64,000 nucleotides of DNA, taken from Nanobdellota archaeon. Lineage in GTDB: Archaea; Nanobdellota; Nanobdellia; SCGC-AAA011-G17; PNOQ01. The notes beneath the pieces are model-generated. The model was given only the letters and a program-made list of their open reading frames with translations, searched no databases and was not told the DNA's origin. The stretch covers positions 5,757-69,756 of the forward strand of contig JAHJUI010000019.1 in assembly GCA_018829185.1 (NCBI GenBank), in the 5' to 3' direction. This document shows, in pieces, positions 1-9,400 of this stretch. Both the position numbers and the translations under genes were made by a program. How positions within the stretch are numbered: the stretch's first letter is position 1; each line of letters starts with the position of its first letter.

Positions 1-405
1 CTGGAAATCCAGATCTGTCTCTTAATATCCCTGGGCTTTCTACTTCTGGTGAATCTATTAAGGGGGTTTCATATGTTATTCCTTCTAGGCTGCCCATTAC
101 TCTTCCTATGGCCTTTCTTGCTTCTTCTGTTTGTTTAACATCTTTATCTTCATTTGGCCCATATCCTGAACCTCTATAAAAAATAGCATGCTTTTTTTCG
201 GCATTCCAAATAAGTTCTCCCCCAGCAAAGGGTCCATTGTGCGTTGTTGATGGGGTTTTTTGTTCTGCCCACCCGCGAATTCCTATTCCAAAATGATTTT
301 CGCTAAAAGATCCTATAAAGAGTAAATATCCCCCATCTAAAGAAGCTGTCACCCACTTATATTGTCCACTTTCCTTGTCTAATATTTCTTCTTTTAATCT
401 CATAA
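1..405 (-). CDS. hypothetical protein (5' partial in window; start codon at 405-403)
   Basis: Open frame on minus strand running off the window start, not in the ORF track because it is truncated. My translation begins MRLKEEILDKESGQYKWVTASLDGG... No recognised motif. Confidence 0.35.
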
Positions 406-443
406 AAATGGAAATCTAAAGAGATATAAAAGGTTTTTGAAAA

Positions 444-567
444 TGGCCCGGACCGGATTTGAACCGGCGACCTTTATCGGAATTTCTTCTCTCGATGTCT
501 GCCAAGTCTGGTTATCAGTTTCACCCTCAATTGAGTCGAGTGCTCTACCAGGCTAAGCCACCGGGCC
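444..567 (-). tRNA. intron-containing tRNA (124 nt; isotype unresolved, candidate anticodon-loop CTCAATT)
   Basis: Minus-strand read: GGCCCGG-TG-GCTT-AGCCTGGTAG-AGC...GCCGG-TTCAAAT-CCGGT-CCGGGCC-A. Acceptor stem is 7 perfect bp, the D-arm and the T-loop TTCAAAT are canonical, discriminator A is followed by TTTT. Helix CTCGA/TCGAG encloses 41 nt (loop plus roughly 34-nt intron) and 22 nt lie between it and the T-arm, so there is a long insert or a second intron. Confidence 0.7.
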
Positions 568-608
568 AATAAAAAAGGTAGTTTGAAAATTGTTTAAAAA
601 GGTTTCTA

Positions 609-1025
609 TTAAGAAGTATTTTCCATTAATTTAGAATTCAAAAAATCGATTTGGTTTTCACAGTTTTTTAAATTTTCCAAAAAAATATTTATTTCTTTAT
701 TTGTGTTTTCTATTTCCTTTTCATGATAGTTTATATATTGGTTGTGGTGATCTCCTATTTGTTTAACGTGAAAATTTAATTTTAATTCTTGATCATTTAT
801 TTCTTTTATATCTTTTAGTTCATTTATCTGTTCTTTATGATTCTTGATTGCATTGTTATGAAAGTTTATCCATCCTTTATTGTATTCTATTTCTTTTTGA
901 TTATAGCCTAATAAAAGTTTTAATCTTTCTATCTGATTATTATAAAATTCTTTCTTTTCTTCTTGTTTTTTCTTTTCTTCATTTAGATATCTTCTTCTTT
1001 CTGATTGGTCTTTTTTATCTTTCAT
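609..1025 (-). CDS. Lys/Glu-rich coiled-coil protein, hypothetical
   Basis: ORF track. Low-complexity K/E/N-rich heptad-like sequence. Its stop overlaps the start of the upstream receiver gene (ATGA at 1022-1025). Confidence 0.4.
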   Translation of the reverse strand: MKDKKDQSERRRYLNEEKKKQEEKKEFYNNQIERLKLLLGYNQKEIEYNKGWINFHNNAIKNHKEQINELKDIKEINDQELKLNFHVKQIGDHHNQYINYHEKEIENTNKEINIFLENLKNCENQIDFLNSKLMENTS

Positions 1026-1378
1026 AATAGGTACCTCCCCGAAAGAAGTTCTTTTTTAAACAAAAATTCATCTGCTCCAGAAGTTATAGCTTCTTCTTCA
1101 TGGTTCTCCATGCTTATTAAAACTACAAGAGTTGAAGGATCTCTTTTTCTAACTGCTCTAATTACTTCTGTCCCATATTGCAAGGAATTGCCTTTTCCTA
1201 ATTCAAAATCGGTCACAACTGCGTAATAAGGCATGTCTCCACTATTAATTTTCTCTATGGCTTCTTCTGCAGTTTTAACATAATCTACCTTGTATCCTCT
1301 CCTTGAAAAAAGAATTCTAACTCTACCATGCATTTCTTCCATATCATCAACGAACAATATCCTTTTTGTCATTTTCAA
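1022..1378 (-). CDS. response-regulator receiver domain protein (CheY-like, stand-alone)
   Basis: ILFVDDMEEM (acidic pocket), VVTDFEL (phospho-acceptor Asp), later conserved LIS...K pattern. Length 118 aa, typical of a single REC domain. Confidence 0.7.
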   Translation of the reverse strand: MKMTKRILFVDDMEEMHGRVRILFSRRGYKVDYVKTAEEAIEKINSGDMPYYAVVTDFELGKGNSLQYGTEVIRAVRKRDPSTLVVLISMENHEEEAITSGADEFLFKKELLSGRYLL

Positions 1379-1490
1379 TCTGGATCGTAGGTTTTTCTTT
1401 CATAATCCAAGTCTTCTTGGATTTTTGTTTTTTTTATTCTCTTTACCATAACCAAATAACACATAGAAAAGTATTTAAACGATAGTAGTC

Positions 1491-2225
1491 ATGTTACATA
1501 ACAACAAAATGCTAAAAGAATTTGGTCTAACAAACACTGAAGAAGGGGTGTATTTGATTTTACTTAAACTTGGATCTTCTCCTGCTGCAAGTATAATTAA
1601 AAAGACTCAATTACACAGAACAACTGTTTATGACGTTCTAGACCGGTTAATTGAGAAGGGTTTAGTAGGTTATATTGTCCAAGATAAATTAAAACATTAT
1701 TCGGCTACTGGTCCTTCAAAATTTTTAGATATAGCATTAGAAGAAACAGCGAAAGCGAAAGAAAAGGAAAAATTAGCTAAGGAAGTGATAAAGGAGATCG
1801 GATCTATAAAAGAAGAGCAAAAAGTAAAACAAATTGCCCAAATATTTGTTGGAAATAAAGGACTTAAAACAATTATGAATGATATAATAGAAACTGGTAA
1901 AGATTTTATGATTCTTGGAGCAGGTGGAAGATTTAAGGATGAGCTCCCAGTTTATACAAAACATTGGGCCAACCAACGTAGAAAAAAGAACATAAGAGCG
2001 AAAATAATTTTTACAGAAGGTTCAGATGCTCCAAAATGGGAATTAAATGAAATAAAGTTTATTCCAAAGATGTATCAATCTCCTACAACTACTCACATAT
2101 ATGGTAATAAAGTTGCTATTTTTATCCAAGAAGACCCAATATTAATAATTTTGATAGAAGGAGAAAATGTAGCTAAAGGATATAGGAATTATTTTAATCT
2201 GCTTTGGAAATCAGCTAAAAAATAA
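1491..2225 (+). CDS. TrmB-family transcriptional regulator
   Basis: N-terminal winged-HTH (EEGVYLILLKLGSSPAASIIKKTQLHRTTVYDVLDRLIEKGLV) followed by a TrmB-like C-terminal sensor region. Confidence 0.55.
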   Translation: MLHNNKMLKEFGLTNTEEGVYLILLKLGSSPAASIIKKTQLHRTTVYDVLDRLIEKGLVGYIVQDKLKHYSATGPSKFLDIALEETAKAKEKEKLAKEVIKEIGSIKEEQKVKQIAQIFVGNKGLKTIMNDIIETGKDFMILGAGGRFKDELPVYTKHWANQRRKKNIRAKIIFTEGSDAPKWELNEIKFIPKMYQSPTTTHIYGNKVAIFIQEDPILIILIEGENVAKGYRNYFNLLWKSAKK

Positions 2226-2696
2226 CTATCTCATCATACTTAACAAAGGTGGGACTACATCCTTTAAAATTAATGTGCTTAACCATGCTAAAAGCAAAAG
2301 GCTTAAGATAGTGAATGAGATAACTATAACATAAACTTTCTTTTTATCCATGTTTAATATATTTGCTAATAAAACCGAACTTAAAACTCCTCCTCCGGGA
2401 AAAGGATATAATGCTAAAAGAGCTACCCCCCATATTCCATGTTTCTTAAGATTTATGAAAATTCTTTGTTTCTTTGTTCTTTTGATCATATTTCTTTTAA
2501 ATCTGTTTAAGAATTCTATTTTACAAGTTGTTAACCCATATAGATAATAAACAATCGGAATTTGGGCAATTTCCCATATCATTGCTATTAGAATTACAAG
2601 GTAAAAAGGAAAACCAAGGGTTAAACCATAAAGAATAGATAATTTTTTTCCTAGTGTCATTTCGACTGCTAGTATACTTAGTGGTTTCCAGAGCAT
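2226..2696 (-). CDS. integral membrane protein, hypothetical
   Basis: Several hydrophobic helices and a GGG motif. No catalytic motif recognised. Confidence 0.4.
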   Translation of the reverse strand: MLWKPLSILAVEMTLGKKLSILYGLTLGFPFYLVILIAMIWEIAQIPIVYYLYGLTTCKIEFLNRFKRNMIKRTKKQRIFINLKKHGIWGVALLALYPFPGGGVLSSVLLANILNMDKKKVYVIVISFTILSLLLLAWLSTLILKDVVPPLLSMMR

Positions 2697-2732
2697 ATGG
2701 TAAACTTATTTTGTTTGTTTTTAAGTTTTTCT

Positions 2733-3251
2733 TTAAACCAAGGTTATTTCGATAATCTTTATTTCTTCTAATGGTTTGTCTGCAGAGTCTTTTTCTACTT
2801 TACTTATTGCATCAACTACATCCATTCCTTCGATAACCTCTCCAAAAACTGGATGTTTTGTATCTAAGAAATTATTATTTGCTGTGTTTATGAAAAATTG
2901 ACTTCCGCCAGTGTTTGCACCTGAGTTTGCCATTGAAATTGTTCCTCTCTTATTGCTATTGTGATCTATAAACTCGTCTTCTATGTTGTATCCTGGTCCG
3001 CCCATTCCTGTTCCAGTTGGATCTCCGCCTTGAATCATAAAGTTTTCAATTACTCTGTGGAATATTACTCCATTGTAAAATCCTTCGGAAGCTAATTTTT
3101 TAAAATTTCCTGCTGTGATTGGCATATCATCATGAAGTTTGATTTTTATATCACCCATTGTTGTTTTCATAAGAACTGTGTTTGACATTTTACATCCTCC
3201 CATTGGTAGTATTAAAAGTACTATGCAAATTATTATTAATATGTTTTTCAT
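2733..3251 (-). CDS. peptidyl-prolyl cis-trans isomerase, cyclophilin type (secreted/lipoprotein)
   Basis: FHRVIENFMIQGGDPTGTGMGGPGY and GTISMANSGANTGGSQFFI are cyclophilin signatures. N-terminal signal peptide with Cys (LPMGGC). Confidence 0.85.
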   Translation of the reverse strand: MKNILIIICIVLLILPMGGCKMSNTVLMKTTMGDIKIKLHDDMPITAGNFKKLASEGFYNGVIFHRVIENFMIQGGDPTGTGMGGPGYNIEDEFIDHNSNKRGTISMANSGANTGGSQFFINTANNNFLDTKHPVFGEVIEGMDVVDAISKVEKDSADKPLEEIKIIEITLV

Positions 3252-3320
3252 AGTTTTGTTGAAATTAGTTTTTTTATAAAGTTTATGTTTTTTAATTATT
3301 TTGGAAGAAAAATGATTTAT

Positions 3321-3872
3321 TTATCCGAATAGATTGCTAAGAAATTTCATAAACTTAGTCCATAAACTTCCAGATATACACTCGCTATTAATGCATAAAT
3401 TACTATCGCACTCAAAATTATTATCGCAAACAAAATCTGCTTTTTTCTGAACAATGAACTCTTGTTCATCTGAGCAATAATTACCAGATTTTCTATACCC
3501 AAAAGGGTAACATTTCTTATTCAAAGGGCACCCTTGACAAATTAAAATCTCTTCTTCTTCATCAATGTCTTCAGGGAGTTCAACGGGTTCTTCTTCAGGA
3601 ACTAATTTTATACAAGCTCCATCTTCACAACCATTTGAACATTCAATTGCTTTTATTTGTTGAAAATCATCTTCACAATAATACTCATAGACTTGATTTG
3701 CCATTTGCATCTCGCCACAGTGGTCTTCAAGTTTTTCACCATTCCATAGAATGCTTCCTTTTTTGTAAAAATCTACTCCAGCTTCATTATCAATGCAATC
3801 CTGTGCAGATACAAACACAGCTAAGCTAAGCAAACTTAATATTGCAATTGACAGAATTATTTTTTGTTTCAT
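3321..3872 (-). CDS. secreted cysteine-rich protein, hypothetical
   Basis: Signal peptide (MKQKIILSIAILSLLSLAVFVSA) and more than 20 Cys in CxxC / C-x-C patterns. Confidence 0.4.
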   Translation of the reverse strand: MKQKIILSIAILSLLSLAVFVSAQDCIDNEAGVDFYKKGSILWNGEKLEDHCGEMQMANQVYEYYCEDDFQQIKAIECSNGCEDGACIKLVPEEEPVELPEDIDEEEEILICQGCPLNKKCYPFGYRKSGNYCSDEQEFIVQKKADFVCDNNFECDSNLCINSECISGSLWTKFMKFLSNLFG

Positions 3873-3981
3873 TTTAATATATATAATTGGAAAAGGGTAT
3901 AAAAAGCTTTTTATTTAAGGTAACCAAGATTTTTTATCTTTTTACATTATAGAAAAGCAAAGTTTTTATAAATTTTATGTT

Positions 3982-4827
3982 TTAATTTAATTCTTTTAGT
4001 ATGATTTTTAATTCTTTTTTACCTATTCTTTTTAAATTATGTGTTTCAATTGCATTAACAATTGATTTAATGTATGAATATTCCTTGCTTAGATGCTCTA
4101 AATGTTTTTTATAAATTGATTTTGGTGGTGGCCTAATTAGAGTAAAAATAACTGCTTCTACTAAATTTTCTGCAAAATAACTTTCCCATTCTGAATAATT
4201 TGTATGTTTTTTATATAAATGGGATTTTTCTTCAATTTCATTCTTCATATCTTTAAACAATTTAGTTTGAAAAAAATGAGAAAATTCATGACAAAATATG
4301 TGCTTTATCATATTTTCATATTTGTTAAGTAAGTTAATGGTTATTATATTTTTATTCTTAAACATGTATAGATGTCCACCATTTACAAATGGGTTATTAA
4401 TTATAATCATTCCCCTTGGTTTCTTTATTTTCCAAACTGATGACACTTTAGTTACAAGCGGGAAAATTAATTTTTGATTGTTTTTAATACGATTTTTTTC
4501 TATTGTTTTAATTTTTTTAAATAATAGATCAAAATTATTTCTTTTATAAAATTGTTTAACATAAGGTATAAACTCTTTTGATAATTTAATATCGAATTTA
4601 TCTGTTTTATTTAAAGATTTAACTAATTCAAATGTTTTTAAATTTTTAATTAATAACATATGTCTTACTAACTTTGAATGATGAAAATTTATTTTGTTGG
4701 TTTTAGATATTTTGATAGCTTTACTTACGTATTTGGTTATCTGATTTTTTGGGACTTCATAACCACAAGACATTAATGCAGAATAAGCTAAAACTAATTT
4801 TTTTGAATTTTTGAATAAAATTTTCAC
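3982..4827 (-). CDS. putative HExxH zinc metallopeptidase-like protein
   Basis: FCHEFSHFFQ (HExxH) in the C-terminal half. Otherwise no recognisable family. Confidence 0.35.
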   Translation of the reverse strand: MKILFKNSKKLVLAYSALMSCGYEVPKNQITKYVSKAIKISKTNKINFHHSKLVRHMLLIKNLKTFELVKSLNKTDKFDIKLSKEFIPYVKQFYKRNNFDLLFKKIKTIEKNRIKNNQKLIFPLVTKVSSVWKIKKPRGMIIINNPFVNGGHLYMFKNKNIITINLLNKYENMIKHIFCHEFSHFFQTKLFKDMKNEIEEKSHLYKKHTNYSEWESYFAENLVEAVIFTLIRPPPKSIYKKHLEHLSKEYSYIKSIVNAIETHNLKRIGKKELKIILKELN

Positions 4828-4966
4828 ATAATGGGTTTGATATTTGTTTTTATAAATCTTATGGCAGCCAAGATTTTTTATCTTTTAATTTGTCTGGTAA
4901 GTATTTTGTCATAACATAATTTAATCCATGTTTAGCTAAAGCTTGTTGTTTTTTAAATTTTTTGGT

Positions 4967-5114
4967 TTAACATCGGAATTTAACGGTTCCGAAACCTTGC
5001 AGGTTTCTCCACCCAAATCGCCTTCGGAGACTTCGTTAAATTCCTGTTAGTTTCTTCAGAATACTTGGAAGGATTGATTTTTAGTGCAACGATGCCGTAG
5101 GCAAAAAATCAAAG
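4967..5114. repeat. structured repeat module A, copy 1 (hairpin with ATTTAAC...GTTAAAT ends, then TGTTAGTT and ...GCAAAAAATCAAAG)
   Basis: ttaacatcggaatttaacg [49-nt centre] cgttaaattcctgttagtt ... tagtgcaacgatgccgtaggcaaaaaatcaaag. Related copies at 12742-12941 and 13711-13857. The 11-bp outer stem is ggaatttaacg/cgttaaattcc. Confidence 0.6.
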
Positions 5115-5159
5115 TAATTTCAGGGGCGTATTCAATCAAGCGAACACAGTGAGCAATCA

Positions 5160-5340
5160 AGAATAAGCATCAAGGGGCAATTTTCGTCCGTTCGTCGTTC
5201 GTGGGGGAATTCCGTTTTTTGCTTCTTTTTTTTAAAAAAGAAGATTTTAGAGGGGGCTTTTATTTTGGTTCTTTTTCTAAAAGAACGGGTGGGAGAGAAG
5301 CGAGGGCGGGAAGTTTGGGGCGAGAAAACTATTTTCCGAT
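5160..5340. repeat. repeat module B, copy 1 (GC-richer; palindrome cttcttttttttaaaaaagaag)
   Basis: Inverted, diverged copy of 12543-12735. Shared blocks agttttctcgcccc, aaaagccccctc, cggaattccccc, aaaattgcccc and cccctgaaatt lie in the same order with similar spacing. Confidence 0.5.
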
Positions 5341-5342
5341 AT

Positions 5343-5352
5343 ATTTATAAAT
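5343..5352 (+). promoter_or_regulatory. candidate archaeal TATA box (tttataaata) about 26-35 nt upstream of the 5378 start
   Basis: Identical 10-mer tttataaata also sits at the same spacing upstream of the TBP gene (32974-32983). Confidence 0.35.
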
Positions 5353-5377
5353 ATTTGATTATATTTGTATTAGTAAT

Positions 5378-6292
5378 ATGACAATCTTCAAAAACTCAAC
5401 TAATAAACTCAACAGAATTAAACAATTATCTTTTAAGTTAGAGAAAGAGATTCAAGATTTGACAGAGAAAAATTTAAGTGATATTTTTGGATTACAAATA
5501 GTTAAATCAGAATTTTCTTTAAATGGATTAAGAATAGATACTCTTGCTTATGATAATGAAAATAATAGTTTTGTTATAATTGAATATAAACGAGATAAAA
5601 ATTTTAGTGTTATAGATCAAGGGTATGCTTATCTTTCTTTAATGCTTAATAACAAAGCAGATTTTATTTTGGAATATAATGAGAATTGCGATAGAAATTT
5701 GAAAAGAGAAAATGTTGATTGGTCGCAATCAAGAGTTTTATTTGTTTCTCCTGCTTTTTCAAAATATCAACAACAAGCGATTAATTTTAAGGATTTGCCT
5801 ATTGAATTGTGGGAAATATCAAGATATGAAAATGATTTAATCCAATATACAAGATTAAGGTCGCATGAAAATTCTGAATCAATAAACAAGATAAGTAAGA
5901 AAAGCGATGTTGTTGAAAAAGTAAGCAGTGAAGTAAAAGTTTATACTGAAGAAGACCATTTAAGCCATTGTTCAGAAGAAATTAAATCACTATATAATGA
6001 ATTAAAAAATCAAATTCTATCTATCGATGAAAATATTGAAGTAATTCCAAAAAAGAAATATATTGCGTTTAAATCAGATAGAAATTTTGTAGATATTTTG
6101 CCACAAAAAAGTAAAATAAAGTTTTGGCTTAATTTATCTAAAGGACAGCTTAAAGATGTTGATTCAATCGCAAGAGATGTTTCAAGCGTTGGTCATTGGG
6201 GAAACGGAGATTATGAAGTTTCATTCTCAAATTCTGAAGAATTGCCTGTTTTACTATCATTGATTAAACAAAGTTATGAGAAAAATAAATAG
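5378..6292 (+). CDS. hypothetical protein with N-terminal PD-(D/E)xK-like nuclease fold
   Basis: RIDTLAYD...SFVIIEYKRD gives a D...(E)xK arrangement. The C-terminal ~120 aa (IAFKSDRNFVDILPQKSKIKFW...GHWGNGDYEV) looks like a separate uncharacterised domain. It is the first gene inside the repeat-flanked island. Confidence 0.45.
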   Translation: MTIFKNSTNKLNRIKQLSFKLEKEIQDLTEKNLSDIFGLQIVKSEFSLNGLRIDTLAYDNENNSFVIIEYKRDKNFSVIDQGYAYLSLMLNNKADFILEYNENCDRNLKRENVDWSQSRVLFVSPAFSKYQQQAINFKDLPIELWEISRYENDLIQYTRLRSHENSESINKISKKSDVVEKVSSEVKVYTEEDHLSHCSEEIKSLYNELKNQILSIDENIEVIPKKKYIAFKSDRNFVDILPQKSKIKFWLNLSKGQLKDVDSIARDVSSVGHWGNGDYEVSFSNSEELPVLLSLIKQSYEKNK

Positions 6293-6300
6293 GGGTTAAA

Positions 6301-6450
6301 ATGGATTCAAAAAATATCACATTGCGAGTAAATTCTAAAGTTTATGATAGATACAGAGAACTTTGCAAGAAGAAAGGCTTATTAGTTTCTAGGCAGGTTG
6401 AAATAATGATGGAAGAACAATTAAAAAAAGAGGATGGAAACAATGAGTAA
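6301..6450 (+). CDS. small ribbon-helix-helix (CopG-like) protein, 49 aa (not in ORF track)
   Basis: My translation: MDSKNITLRVNSKVYDRYRELCKKKGLLVSRQVEIMMEEQLKKEDGNNE. A beta-strand (ITLRV) followed by two helices is the RHH pattern. Its stop overlaps the start of the RM gene (ATGAGTAA at 6443-6450). Confidence 0.5.
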   Translation: MDSKNITLRVNSKVYDRYRELCKKKGLLVSRQVEIMMEEQLKKEDGNNE

Positions 6451-9400
6451 AGAAAATTCTCTTTTCAAAGAAGCTACAATTAAAAGATTAGTTTCTAATG
6501 TTAATTTAACTGCTAAACATAAAAAAGCCGTAAACAAATGGTTAGATTATTTTAATAGTGGAAAATTAGAAAATGAAAAACAAGCATATATAGAATTTGC
6601 TAACATCATTCTTAGAGATTTATTAGATTATGACATCAGTCTTGAAGGTCTTAAACACGAAGAAGAAAACATAGAATTTTTATTTAAGAAAGATGGTAAT
6701 AATCTTATTTGTTTTGAAGCAAAAGGAGCAAAGACTAAAGACTTATGGGCTTATCAAGGAAGAGATAAAAAATCAAGAGAAACTCCAGTTAATCAAATAA
6801 ATTCTTATTTGTATGATAAAATAATTCCATTTGGCATTTTAACAAATTATAGATTATTTGTTTTATTTGATCGTAATGAAGGCAGTAAAAAATATCATCT
6901 AATTGATTTTACAGAATTAACTAAAGAAGATAAACTAAAAGAATTTATTGCTCTTTTCTCAAGAGAACAAGTAGAAAAAGGATTTATTACCGAAGTAATC
7001 CAACAATCCATTGTTGAAGAAAGAGAATTTACTAAAGAGTTCTATAAATTATATCACGAAACAAGGTTAATGCTAATTAAAGAATTTGAAGAAAATTCAG
7101 GGATTAGTAGAGAGGCTTCTGTTCATTTTGCACAATTATATCTTAATAGATTAATGTTTGTATTTTTTGCAGAAGATACTGGAAAAATTGATAAGAGAAT
7201 TATAGAAGAGAGGGTTATCAAAACATTAGATAACATTCATCTATTTTCATCAAATTCCTCAAATATTTCCAATGTTTTAGTTGGCTTGTTTAATGACTTG
7301 GATAAAGGAAGTGATTTTCCAGTTAAATTATTTGGGTTTAATGGTGGTTTGTTTAAACATCCAATTCCGCCAAAAATATTTTTTAAAGACTTTAGAGATG
7401 ATAAATTTTTCAAAGATGTAAATCAAAACTCTAAACTAAAGAAGAAAGAATTAGAATTAAACGACAATGAAAAAGAAGTATTTCACAAATACAAAAATAG
7501 GATTAGTCCAGTAATAAAAAATATTTTGATAATGGATTCTTTTGATTTCAATTCTGAAGTTAATGTAAATATTTTAGGTCATATTTTTGAGCAATCTATT
7601 TCCGATATTGAAGATTTGAAGACTGACAAAAGTTCTCGAAGAAAGAAAGAAGGAATATTTTATACTCCTGAATACATTACTGACTACATTTGCAGAAATA
7701 CAATTATAACTTATTTATCTAAGAAAGGAATTAATTCAGTTCCTGAATTAATAAAAGAATATGCTGAGAACATTGAAGAGTTGGAAGAGAAGTTTAAAGC
7801 AATTAAAATATTAGATCCTGCTTGCGGTTCTGGTGCATTCTTGATTAAAGCTACTGATATTATGCTTGAGATTTTCAGAGCAATTCAAGAGTTTAAGCAA
7901 AGCGAAGGAGAATATGAAGCAAAAAAAGGATTAAAAAAGAAAAGCAATGCAAAAGGACAATTAGTATTAGAAAAATGGAATGAAGAAGCAGAAGCAAGAG
8001 AAATAATCGAGAATAGTATTCATGGAGTAGATATTAACGAAGAATCTGTTGAGATAACAAAACTTTCTTTATTCTTAAAGATGGCTAGAAAGAATAGAAA
8101 GCTTACAGATTTATCAAATAATATAAAACAAGGAAACAGCTTAATCAATGATTCAGAAGTTGCAGGAGACTTGGCATTTGACTGGGATAAAGAATTTCCA
8201 TTCAAGTTTGATGTTGTTATTGGGAATCCTCCGTATGTTTTTGCAAGAGAAAAAGTATCTCAAGAAGAAAAAGATTATTATAAAAAATATTATGATTCTG
8301 CTGATTATCAGGTGAACACCTATCTGCTTTTTATCGAAAAAACAATAAGTCTATTAAAAGATAATGGAACTTATGGTTTAATTGTTCCAAATGCTTGGTT
8401 AATGGTTTATTCTGGAAAAGGATTAAGAAAGTGCATATTAGACACTTGTAAATTAAACCAGATAATAAATTTAGAGGGTTTTTCTTTTGATGATGTAAGT
8501 GTTGAAACAATAATTATACTTGCAGAAAAGAAAAAAACTGATAAAAGTACTTTTAAGGTATACTTAAACAATGGAAAAGAGTTCGTATTTTCTCATAAAA
8601 AAAATCAGTCTGAGTTCACTAAAAGTAAAGGTTTTGAATTTAAAATTTTTTCTGATGAAACTAGCACATCATTAACTGAAAAAATAAAGAATGGTTCAGT
8701 TATTCTTGATTCAATTGTACAGATTAAAGCAGGATTGCAAGCATACGAAAAAGGAAAAGGTAATCCCAAGCAATCTGCTAAAGATGTTAAAGAAAGACCA
8801 TATGATTATAATTATAAGTTTGATTTACAAACACACAAATATCTTGATGGTAAGGATGTAGGTAGATATTTTGTTTCTTGGTCTGGACTATATTTAAAAT
8901 ACGGCGAACACTTAGCAGCACCAAGAACTTTTAATTTATTTGATGGTAAGAAAATTATAATCCGAGAAATAACAGGGAGATATCCTAAAAGCATTATTGC
9001 TACATATAGTGAGGAACTATATCTATATAATAGGAGTAATATTGCTATTATTGAGAAAGAAAATAAAAAAATATCATTAAAATATATATTATCTGTTCTT
9101 AACAGTTCTTTAATTTCTTATTACTTTATGAAAAATACTGCAAAGTCGGTTAGAAAGATGTTTCCAAAGGTCATTCTAAAAGATTTACGATTATTTCCGT
9201 TTAAAGAGCTTAATATAGAAGAGCAAAAACCATTTATAGAGAAAGCAGACTTAATGCTAAATCTGAACAAAGAATTCTATGACAAAAAGGATAAATTCTT
9301 CAACAGAATAAAAAAGTCTTTTAATTTAGAAAAATTAAACAAGAAACTTGATTCTTTCTATGAATTGGAATTTAATGATTTTGTTAAAGAAATTGAAAAA

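Noticed and set aside
1005-1226. 73-aa plus-strand ORF
   Set aside because: It overlaps the receiver-domain gene on the opposite strand and has no motif. Judged an antisense artefact.
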